Origin: Oculina patagonica
Lineage: Eukaryota
Assembly: GCF_052425735.1 (NCBI RefSeq)
Contig: NC_135767.1
Span: forward strand, 19,220,001-19,284,000
Reading direction: 5' to 3'
DNA: 64,000 nucleotides
This document shows, in pieces, positions 40,631 to 51,900 of this stretch. The notes under the pieces were generated by a model that searched no databases, was not told the DNA's origin, and worked only from the letters and a program-made list of their open reading frames with translations. Every line of letters starts with the position of its first letter. Position 1 is the first letter of the stretch. The translations under genes and the position numbers were made by a program.

Positions 40631-41565
40631 CAAATTACTACTGATTTGAATCACCCTTGGGCGGCTGGAGTTACTTTTTTGTACCTGTATTTCTCGGCTC
40701 TTCGTAGTAGACAAAATATGAGCGGGAAAACTGTATGGCCTTTTACAATGGCGAGGCTATCGTCTCGCCATTGTAAAAGGCCATACAGTTCGGACGCGAA
40801 TATTTTTTTCTACTTGTGAAATAAAAACAATAAATGAATGCAAAGTATTGTTATGCGAATCGGTAGATATCTGTATCAAAAGTTAATGAATACTAATTAG
40901 CCGACCAGGAGTTTAATTTGTATCAAAAGTTAATTCTATTGTTTGATTGTATTGGGGTTTACATGTACAGTTGTGTACATGTAATCTGAATACTGTGCTG
41001 GGATTGGTTTGCTCCCTTACAATCCCGTATAATGAAAGCCTATTAATTCGTCTTCATTTCCTCGGCTAGACACCATTGACACTTAAATAAAGTTATCTTT
41101 AATATTTTTTGTAACTATACTACAGCGTGATTATGTATAAAGCAGGTGTCTCAAGAAAGGTTAAAATGACATCGTTCTGCAAAGATGTGCAAAGCTTCGT
41201 ACAAGTGTACATGGAATCAAATATATATAAAGCAGTTTTAAATCAATAAATTTTTAGCAAGCGTTTTAGGTCTACGGAGACCTCCTATTTATTATATATA
41301 CCTACAAATAGTTGTCAGTGTACGGTCTCCCTTCTCTGCCTTGTTCACATTTAATTTGTAATCATTTAATGCAAGATCAGTACACAATCATACTTTGCGT
41401 TTTGGGTTTGATTATCCGTTGCTAGTATCTTAAAATCTATTTCTCGATCACGTCTTTTGGCTGTTTGAACAAGTATCAATACTAGCGAAGACTCGATTTC
41501 AGTTGATTGATTTTACAATTTAATATTAAATCTGACTCGGTGTGTCATGATTACCCATAGACAAC

Positions 41566-42540
41566 TCAACAACATTTAAGAAGATTTCTTAGACTTTGGC
41601 GATAGTTTTCACTGAAAAGAAAGCAGATGCAAGGATTTATAGCACAATATGCGTGCGCCAAAAAGACGGCAACCAAATGAAAGTATCGAAAGCCACAAGA
41701 CCATATTTCCGACACAAAGTAGAATAGAATCAACCCGATACTGACAGGAAGCCAGCATACTGCAAAGCCTAACACAATAGCAATGGTTAGCTTTAACACA
41801 TTTTTTTCCCTTTTCACGCGTTGCTGTCTGGCGTTGGTCGCTTGCTCGCCTGGAATTGTCTGTGACTTCAGCTTTATATAAATGATAGTGTAAATTATGG
41901 CTATCAACACCAAAGGGATAAAAATGTTCACCACATATGTTGTCAAAAGATGATTTTTGACAGACCAAGACTCTCCATAGACTTCTTTCCATTGTGCTAC
42001 ACACACTTGCCCTCCTTGATATTCAACAAGTTTGTATCTGAAGAAATTAGGGGAGAAGTAAGCCATCGCGACGATCCAAGTGGCAAGAATAAAGAAGGGG
42101 CACAGCTTTGAACTGATAAGTGGGGAACGGAGGGGAAATACGACAGCACCAAATCGATCCACTGCTATGAGAACCAGGCTCTGCACAGACACAGTAGCGG
42201 AGACATTTGGTAAGGGAACCAGCTTACATAACGCCTGGCCAAGAGGACCACTGATCAGCCACGAGTCGACGTACATCTATGTTATTATGCGCGGGATCAG
42301 GAAAGTTGGGTACAGCAGATCGGACATGGCCATGTTTACGATAAAAAAGTTGATGGGTTTTCTCATGGCTTTCGTCTTGTAGACAACTATTCCGATTAAG
42401 ATGTTTCCAGCCATCGAAACAATAAAGATCAGGCAGTAAGCGAAGGTTCTTCCTATTCTTGCCGCTGCAGGATTGTAACAGCTCGCTGACTGTATTGATG
42501 ACTGTGTCCCGTTCACCGTTGTGTTCAACATTGCCGACAT
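41566..42540 (-). pseudogene. Class A GPCR copy 2 with an in-frame TAG at 42277-42279
   Basis: ORFs 42277-42540 and 41566-42276 are contiguous in one frame. ATA ACA TAG here vs ATA ACA CAG in copy 1. The rest of the 7TM frame is open. Confidence 0.88.
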
Positions 42541-44238
42541 TAGATAGCAAAGTTTGTTATCGGGTTATTTCTCAGGCTATTTCTTGCTTGGTTTCATAAG
42601 AAGCAAACGCCGCTCTGTTTGTTTGGACTTAGAAGAGAAGTCAGTCAAGTTTGACTGATTATTTCTGGACTGCTATCATCAATTATTGAAAGCTGGCGAT
42701 GAATGCACGAAAGAGACCAATGATAAACTAGTAGCTGTTTGCTTAGGCCTAAAAAGGGAACTTTTAATTAAAATAGACCACCTCCAAAATTAAAGACATG
42801 AAAGGTTCTCTTTCTAAAAGTGAAGTTGTTTTGCTTGCAGAAAGAACATAGAAATATTTAATTACGAGAGCTTTAAGGTGCGCGTGGTCTGACCATCTGC
42901 ACCTGCGTAATATATACTATCTCACTCGTCTGTTTCAATAAGAGTAACTTTTCGTCTGTTTGATTATCCACTGCACCTTTTCAACTTGAAGGATGACGAA
43001 GAGCTGTGTTTTGCCATAGACAGTTTTATTAGCCGTTTCCGAACCATAAGTGGTAATCTGTACTAAATAATTCGCGACCCTTACTTCTCAAAAAGTATCG
43101 TGCAAAACTTGGTGTCCTACATTAACACCTAAATAGGAGGTCTCAGTCGACCTAAACTTGTAACAAATATTTCTTTAAGACTGCTCTGTATTTTATTCAA
43201 TGTAAACTTGTAAGAAGTTTTGTAGAACGGTAGGCAACTTTTCTTAAGATATTACGATGTCTGAAGTTATTTGCAAACTGTATATACATAAAAAAAAAAC
43301 TTCAAAATAACACAGGACGAATTATCAAGATTCCGTAAACTGAAACATAGCGGAAACACATGACACCGTTGCGGAAACGCAACGGATCATGACGTTTACT
43401 CGACGTTTCCGTCGCTGCGGACACAGCGGAACCGGACTACTTTTTTCCATGTTTCCGTCGGTTTTCCGATGCAGGAAACAAGTGTTTCCACAAGCGTAAC
43501 TGTGTGTTGCAAGTTGTGGAGACACAAGAAAACACTTCGGAAACTGATGTCTGTTTCGTGTCACTTCTCCGAGTTTTCGCGTCGGAAACATGGTAATTCA
43601 CAATGTTTTCTCTCTCTTATATATGCACTTAACTGCATTTGCAAAAATTCTTTAAGTCGTTATAACTGAAATGTTTTGTTAGCTCATGCGTCTATCAGTA
43701 TAAATTGTATACAAGGCAAAAGTCTTCTTTAACTTAAAGAAATTGTACCACAGCAATAATCCGCCAAAACTTAATTATTTATTTTCCCTTCAAGAATCAC
43801 CCCAAAGTTAATTTACAGCTGTACTAGTATCGTTTACCTTTCTCATTTAGTCGAAGAAAGGGTTATTAACTGAAAAAAAAAACTACATACGTATTCAATA
43901 CAATACCATATAGCAGAATGTAATTTTTAAGGTGTTGGTCGCAGACGATACACAAAAAAATACCGTCTTCTCAATGGTTATAAATATTGACGAATTTGTA
44001 GGTCTACAACTAAACAGGTCCACATCTCAATTCTCCGTAAATCGGTGGCTTATAAATGACAAACAAAAATTGTCAACTCTTATTTACCAGAAAAGCATTT
44101 TATATTTACGCATAACCTAATAATAAAACAAATGAACAGGACGCGTCTTCGTTCGTTCTCGCCGTGTTCTTTGAACATAAAAATGTTCGCAAAGTAGCGT
44201 TGTAGATTGCCATAGTGTTCTTAAATGATGTCTCGCCC

Positions 44239-44335
44239 CAACCTCGTACCAAGGGCCTCTCTCCTTTTCCTCCCTTGTCGTCGAGGAGAGAGACGACAAG
44301 GGAGAAAAAGGAGAGAGGCCCTGGGTACGAGGTTG
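44239..44335. mobile_element. 97-bp hairpin MITE with a 9-bp TSD
   Basis: GTCTCGCCC|CAACCTCGTACCAAGGGCCTCTCTCC ... GGAGAGAGGCCCTGGGTACGAGGTTG|GTCTCGCCC. Confidence 0.85.
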
Positions 44336-45734
44336 GTCTCGCCCAGGGAGCTTTTGTTTATGTTTGTTGCATTGAGCTAATCACTACGTATTGCCCAACG
44401 AGGGCCATTTGTGGGGCAGGGCCGTGCAGATGGCTTTTCCATTCTTTTCACCTGAGCACGATTTCCGTATAATTGACGCGGTTCGCGGGAAAAATTATAG
44501 ACAATGTATGGAAAAATTGAAAACGTAACTGAACGCTTTCTAGCCCAGCTGCATCCTTCATATTCGGCGAATAAAAACCTCTGCCTTATTTTTTAACTTT
44601 ACAACCCAGAAGTTGCCCAGAATTCGTTTTTTGTAAAAGATATTTGCCGTCGGATTCTCATACAAACACTGTAATTTCTACCCGCTTTGCCCATCGTCAA
44701 GATGGCGTCGAAAGCCGTAATAAGGCCTATTCTCTTGATCCTCTTGTTGCTCTCGATCTCGGTCCTTTGTTAGTTCCTTGTTCACTTTCCTGACAGCGTT
44801 CTTGTAATTTTTAAAAATAAAAGAAACCGCGTTTTATATAACTTTAAGTGTCAATGGTGTCCAGCCGAGGGAATGGAGTTGAATTATTAGGCTTTCAGAA
44901 CAGCCAAGAAACACAGGTGCAGACAATTAACTAGGTGAAACGAAATTGCCTCTGTTTTAGGCTGCCAGATTAGTTGACGCAGTTGTTTCAAAATAGACAA
45001 ACTGATAGGTCACCTTTGGCCAATTCACAGCAAACATGAATGTTGGGATAATAAATTTCTTACTTCCAATTTCCAACATAAATAGAACATGTTCTTTGCT
45101 CCTGAAACTCAGGATCAGATTTTGGATGCATTTTAACGCCATCCGAGGGTTCACCTAGAACTGTCCCATAAAAGTGTGAGATTCTCTTTGCCTCTCAAAC
45201 TTAATCATGAACCAAAATACCGGCTTTGCTTGTTGGCTTCAATTTGAAAACAAAGAATTATTAGCAATTTGCCAAATTCAAAACGTTTTGCATAGAAATT
45301 GTCTTATTTAATGTAGCAGTGTTTTAGTAGATAGAAAATTTGCAATTTGGAGTGAACTGTTCGTTAAATATCGCAACCTTTTTTTGTTCACCGCCTTTTC
45401 ACTGGCCAATCATTTGTATGACCCGAAAAACGACTTCACCTATAGGAAGAAAACCTTTAATTTTGGACAATCTTCCAGGTGGTCTATAGTTTAATTAAAG
45501 GTTGCCTTTTAGGCCTGAAACATAGCAAATAGCTAATAGTTTATCATTGGTCTCTTTTGTGCAGTGTCATCGAGGGCTGTCAATAATCGGTGAAAGCAGT
45601 CCAAATATAATCTCTCAAACTTGTTTGACTCCATTTCCAGAAGTCTAAATAAACAGAGCGGCCGCGTTTGCTTCTTAAGAAACGGAGCAAAAAACAGCCT
45701 GAGAAATACCTCGATAACGAAACTTTGCTATCTA

Positions 45735-46712
45735 ATGTCGACAATGTTGAACACAACGATGAATGGAACGCAGTCATCAATACAGTCATCAAGCTGTTAC
45801 AATCCTGCAGCGGCAAGAATAGGACAAACCTTCGCTTACTGCCTGATCTTTGTTGTTTCGATGGCTGGAAACATCTTCATCGGAATAATTGTCTACAAAA
45901 CGAAAGCCATGAGAAAACCCATCAATTTTTTAATCGCAAATATGGCTATGTCCGATCTGCTGTTTCCGATTTTCATGTTCCCGGAGAGATTAGCAGAAAT
46001 ATACGTCGGTTCCTGGCGAATCAGTGGTCCTCTTGGCCAGGCCTTATGTAAGTTGGTTTCCGCCTTACACAATGTCTCCTTTACTGTGTCTATTCTAAGC
46101 CTGGTTCTGATCGCAGTGGATCGATTTGGTGCTGTCGTATTTCCCCTCCGTTCCCCACTCATCAGTTCAAAGCTGTGCCCCTTCTTCATTCTTGCTACTT
46201 GGATCGTCGCGATGGCTATCAACTCCTCTTATCTCTTTACCTACAAACTTGTTGAATATCCAGAAGGGCTACGGTGTGTATTGCAGTGGAATGAAGTTTT
46301 TGGAGATTCCTGGTCTTTTGAAAATTATTTTTTAACGGCATTTGTTGCATTCATTGTTATCCCGTTGGTGTTGATAGCCGTACTTTACACTACCATTTAT
46401 TTGAAGCTGAAGTCACAGACAATCCCAGGCGAACAATCGACCAACGCAAGACAGCAACGCGTGAAAAGGGAACGAAATGTTCTGAAGATGGCCATTGCTA
46501 TTGTGTTAGGTTTTGCAGTATGCTGGCTGCCCAACTGTATCTGGTGGATTCTGGTCCTCTTCGTTTCGGACTCATGGTCTTGTGGCTTCCAGTACTTCCG
46601 GTCCGTTGCTGACTTTTTGGCGAACGCAAATTGTGCTATAAATCCATGCATATGCTTTCTTTTCAGTGAAAATTATCGCCAAAGTCTCAGGACTCTTCTT
46701 AAATGTTTTTGA
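45735..46712 (+). CDS. Intronless class A (rhodopsin-family, neuropeptide-receptor-like) GPCR, copy 3, intact, ~325 aa
   Basis: Seven hydrophobic segments. N-glycosylation sequons in the N-terminus, GN (TM1), NMAMSD (TM2), CK...DRF (TM3), ECL2 Cys, FAVCWLP (TM6), NCAINPCIC (TM7) and FSENYR helix 8. ATG chosen by alignment with paralogs. Confidence 0.92.
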   Translation: MSTMLNTTMNGTQSSIQSSSCYNPAAARIGQTFAYCLIFVVSMAGNIFIGIIVYKTKAMRKPINFLIANMAMSDLLFPIFMFPERLAEIYVGSWRISGPLGQALCKLVSALHNVSFTVSILSLVLIAVDRFGAVVFPLRSPLISSKLCPFFILATWIVAMAINSSYLFTYKLVEYPEGLRCVLQWNEVFGDSWSFENYFLTAFVAFIVIPLVLIAVLYTTIYLKLKSQTIPGEQSTNARQQRVKRERNVLKMAIAIVLGFAVCWLPNCIWWILVLFVSDSWSCGFQYFRSVADFLANANCAINPCICFLFSENYRQSLRTLLKCF

Positions 46713-48653
46713 TCTCTCCATGGGTAATCAGGCCAAGGCGTGTTCGTAAAAACAGTCCACTATCAAGTCACACTTCCAAGAGACAATTGTGATCGAGGAA
46801 TGGATTTTCAGTTGCTTCCAGCGGACAATCAAACCAAAAACGCAAAATATGATTGTGTACTGACCCTGTATAAATGATGACAAATTGAATGTGTACGAAG
46901 TAGAGAACGGAGCCCTTTCCGTTTCGGTTAACCCAACTATATTTACAGGTAACGAGGTCTCAGTTGACCTAGATTTGTAAAAAAAATATTCAGTGAAAAC
47001 TGCTTTGTATTTGATTCAATGTACACTTGTATGAAACTTTGCACAACCGGGTTTAACCGTTCTTGGGACACTAACTTTATATTATCATGTTGTAGTTATT
47101 TATAAAGTTTCAGTCGACCTGAAACTTTTTATTTATATTTATTTCCAAAGTTAAGTGCGTATGTCATTTTATGTAGAATTGAGAAACTCTAGATCCCTAG
47201 AGAAATGGGGTAGGGGGCGAGTTTTATGGTCATTGTTTGCTTAGGCTTTTTTCGTTTCTCGTTCGACTATGTTTTTCAGGTAAACGTGCTTCTTCTTATT
47301 CTGCTAGTATTTGCACTCGCATAAGAAACCTCGCACAACTATTGTGTTGTAAACTGCAAATAAGAGGACATCATGTGAAAGGACAACAGGTCCATTTTAT
47401 GTATGTAAATCTAGCAAACACTTTTATCCACTTATTAATTGCAACTATCTCCGGATTCTACTGGTTTTATGTGTCACCTGTTCAAATCGCTATTTGTTGA
47501 ATACAATGTTGGCAAGACAAGCGTGTCTTAATCAAAACTAATAACTGATGATATAAAGTCCTTTCTGTTATCCAACATGTTGTAACATAAGTGCCGTATC
47601 CTAGGCCATCCATGTTTTGGGCGAGCTGGAATTAAGGTTACTAAGCTTAAACCAATTCCACATAACGTTAATTGCATAAAACAATATGCTTTCCACTGAC
47701 GATTTTAATGGGTTTTGAACTGTAGGAAATGGAGTTAAGTTAATACGCTATCAGAAAACGAGAAACACAGGTGCAGAAAATTGACGAGGCGGAAAGAATT
47801 GCCTTTGTTTTAACCTGCCAAATTATTTGACGCTTTTTTCAAAATAAACAAATAGCTTGGTCACTTTTTAGCAATTCACTGCAATAGACCAGTGTGTGAG
47901 AGGAGAAGTAATCAGCTGAAACGGGAATGTTCCAATAGTTTCTTACTTGCAATTTCCAACATAAATAGAACATGTTATTTGCTCTAAAACTCAGGATCAA
48001 ATTTTGGATGCATTTTCACGCCATCTGAGGGTTCACCTAGAACTCTCCTATAAAAGTGTGAGACCCTCTTGGCCTCTCAAAGTCAACCATAAGCCAAAAT
48101 AGCGGCTTTGCTAACAAGCAATTTGTCAAATCTAAAACGGTTTTATTAGAAATGCTCTAATTTGATGTAGCGATGTTTTAGAAGATAGAAAATAGTCTGC
48201 ATTTTGGAGTGGACTGTTCTTTAAATGTTGCAACTTTTTTGGAGCTTTGAAGAACGGTGTATAACTTTCCTTGAGATCACTGGCTGGCTTTACGTGGTCT
48301 TGAAGTTTTTTTAAACTGCACCTATAAAAAAAGTACAAAAATAAATTGATTTTAAGTGTGAATGGTGTTCAGCCGAGGGGATGGAGTTGAATTATTAAGC
48401 TTTAAGAAGAGCCAAAAACCACAGGTGCAGAAAATTAACTATTAAAGCGGGAAGAAATGGCTTTGTTTCAGCATCCCAAATTATTTCACGCTTTTTTCAA
48501 AATAGACAAATAGCTTGGTCACTTTTTAGCAATTCACTGCAATAGACCAGCGTGCGAGAGGAGCAGTAATCAGCTGAAACATGAATGTTCAAGTAATTTC
48601 TTACTTCCAATTTGCAACATAAATAAAACATGTTATTTGCTCCTAAAACTCAG

Positions 48654-48816
48654 CGCCAGCAGGCAGTGCCTGCGGCATTAGTATTGTTGTATGCGCGCGC
48701 ATGTTTTCGCGCCACATGTTCGGTATGTGCAATATGTCAGCCATCTTGGTTGCATTAAAAACTGCTGTTGAAGTTCTTTCGTTGTGACGTGCGTTCTTGT
48801 CTCTTAAACATTGGCG
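48654..48816 (+). repeat. 5' LTR
   Basis: CGCCAGC...ATTGGCG. Contains ATTAAA. Identical by eye to the 3' LTR. Confidence 0.93.
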
Positions 48817-48827
48817 TGGTGGCAGCG
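48817..48827 (+). other. Primer-binding site (tRNA-Leu type)
   Basis: TGGTGGCAGCG immediately follows the 5' LTR and is complementary to the ...CGCUGCCA-CCA 3' end of animal tRNA-Leu(AAG/UAG). Confidence 0.7.
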
Positions 48828-48979
48828 ACGATTAATCCACGTCCTCAAGAGCCTGAGTGTCGTCTCGCTGGTCCAAGCAACAACGAGTCTACCTATCCTA
48901 TGGTCGAGTGAACTCTGAACAGCCGTCTCATCGTAAGGAAAGTATAACTTCACTGTTCCTTACTGTTACTGTGTTAAAC

Positions 48980-51900
48980 ATGCATTCAAATAGAGCCCCG
49001 AAACAGTGGTCCCTAACAAAGAATGAAAGTATCACATCATTTGAAGCCTGGCGCCAGAATCTTCAGTATTCCCTGTCTTTAGACGCTAATTTCGCCCCGT
49101 TTTTAGCAGACAATTTTACATGGCAGAAAAAGTCGTCCACTGCCCCCAATAGAGGGCTCACTACCGATGGGGAAGACGTCAATTTAACTCGCCGACGTAC
49201 CGCCGCACAGAAGAACGTACACCTTGAACTCATGTTAGGTCAGATAGCAAATTTTTGCCCCGTTATTTCACGCAATACCATTGTGAAGAATACCACTTCA
49301 GTCAAGTCCATTTGGCAAGCAATAAGGTCCCACTTTGGCTTTCAGTCCACGGGTGCTCATTTTCTAGATTTCTCTAACATTAAACTCGAAGTTGATGAAC
49401 GCCCTGAAGACTTGTTTCAACGGTTAATGTCCTTCACTGAAGATAATTTGCTTGTTGCAAATGGCAACATAACCCACCATAGGGAAGTCATTACTGTTGA
49501 TGAGGAACTGTCACCCACACTTGAGAATTTCGTGGTTTTAACCTGGCTAAGACTCATTCATAACGATCTACCTGCCCTTGTCAAGCAGCGCTACGGAACT
49601 GAGTTAAGATCAAGAACACTTGCTTCCTTAAAACCTGAAATCTCGCAGGCGCTAGACTCTCTTCTCGATGAGATTCGCTCCAACGCCGACACCAAAGTTC
49701 TCCGAACCACTGCTTCACGGTTCAGGCAGCCACCTCCTCGCCCCTCCGTTAAGTCTTCTGCACAACCATGGCCTCCGAGGCGACCGAGGTCCTGTCCTTT
49801 ATGTAAACAAGCTGGTCGCAACGACCAGCACTTCTTAAGTGCATGCTCATATTTACCTCCGGAGGACCGTACTTACCTTTCTCGTTCTCGCCTTACCTCT
49901 ACCCTTGACGACGAGGAACCTGACTACTCAGACTATGTGCCCTCAGCCTTCCCCGACGAGGACGACCCCCCTCCACACACTACAGCTCGTACAGTTTCAC
50001 GCCGTGTCAGCACTAAACAGTCACCCCACTTTAAGGCTTTTTACAAACAGCATCCACTCCGACTGACCCTAGACACAGGTGCAGAGACTAGTATGATCAA
50101 GTCATCCGTGGCCCGTTCAATTGGTGCAACCATTGTAAAGTCTTCCCAGCAAGCTTTACAAGCCGACGGCATGACTCCCTTAGCTGTAGCCGGGGAAACT
50201 CACCTCATCTTATCCCGAGCAGACAAACAACTCGGTCTTGACGCCCTCGTTGTTGACGACTTAGACGTAGACGTCCTGGCTGGCACACCCTTCCTTATTG
50301 CTAACGACATCACCGTCCGTCCCGCTTTGTGCCAAGTACGTATTCAGGACTCTGAGGTCATACATTATGACCCCGATAGTGATTCAACTGGCTCTCATGC
50401 TGTGCGACGTGCACAAAGTTACGTCCTACGCGCTTCCTCCTCCGCAACCGTTGTTTGGCCTGGTGAATACTTGGAACTGGACGTCCCTTCCGACCTAGGT
50501 GACGATTGCGTACTAGCACTTCAACCGCGCACAGACACCCCAATATCGAAACACACCAAACCCACCTGCATTTGGCCTGAACCTCAAGTTGTAGAAGCTG
50601 TCGGATCCAAAATCCGCTTAACCAACACTTCCAACGAGCCGAAAGCCATAGGTCGCCACGAGCACCTCAGCGAGATTCTACCCACAGCAGAAACACCGTC
50701 ACCGACCCCCAACCCAGCATCCACCACTAAGTCAATTCCAGTGAAGCCACACAGTCTACCTCCCTTCTCGTCTTCCGTGTCCTTAGACCCCGACAAATTG
50801 CTGCCAGATGAAACCCGTCTCAAGTTTCAACAGCTGCTGCAGTCATACGACAGAGTCTTCAACCCCGACATAGCCGGTTACAATGGTGCTGCTGGTCCCA
50901 TCCAAGCAACTGTGAATATAGGCCCCGTACAGCCTCCACAACGGAAAGGCCGCGTACCTCAGTACTCTCGCAACCAACTGGTAGAACTCCAAGCTAAGTT
51001 TGACGAGCTGGAACAGGCCCAGGTCTTCCGTCGCCCCGAGGATCTGGGCATAACCGTTGAGTATCTTAATCCTTCATTTCTTGTAAAAAAGCCTTCAGGT
51101 GGTCACCGACTCGTGACCGCATTTGCCGACGTAGCACGCTACAGTAAACCGCAGCCATCTCTAATGCCAGACGTCGACACAACCCTGCGCACTATCACAC
51201 CATGGCGCTACATGATCCAAACTGATCTCACCCGAGCATTCTACCAGATACCTCTCTCCCAGTCTTCTCTAAAGTACTGTGGTGTAGCCACCCCCTTCCG
51301 TGGAATCCGTGTATACACAAGATCAGCAATGGGGATGCCTGGCTCCGAGACCGCACTCGAGGAAATGATGTGTCGTGTTCTGGGTGACTTAATTCAAGAA
51401 GGCTGCGTGGCTAAACTCGCAGACGACCTGTACTGTGGCGGCGATACACCCGAAACCCTCTTGACCAACTGGAGACGGGTACTGGAGGCGCTTGATCGTT
51501 GTAACCTCCGTTTGTCCCCTACGAAGACTGTCATCTGTCCAAAGTCTACCACCATCCTTGGCTGGATCTGGTCTCAAGGCCGTCTATCAGCCAGCCCTCA
51601 TCGTATTGCCGTCTTGCAATCATGCCCTCCTCCCCAAAGTGTGAAAGGCCTACGTTCCTTCATTGGAGCCTATAAAGTCCTCAGTCGCGTACTCCCAAAC
51701 TGCTCGGACATAGTGGACCCCCTCGAGAGCACCCTCACGGGCCTCCAGTCTAACGACAAGCTGCTTTGGGATGAGAACCTCACCTTCAGGTTCAAGCGTG
51801 CCCAGGAGTATCTGTCCAAACACAAATCCATAGTCCTACCACGTCCTTCTGACACTCTTTGGATAGTCACCGATGACTCAGTCACCAAGAGAGGCCTTGG

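Noticed and set aside
48652-48654. Reading the LTRs as canonical TG...CA (TGCGCC...GGCGCA at the 3' LTR)
   Set aside because: The 5' LTR has neither the leading T nor the trailing CA, and the CA at 54292 belongs to the host empty-site sequence CAGGATC.
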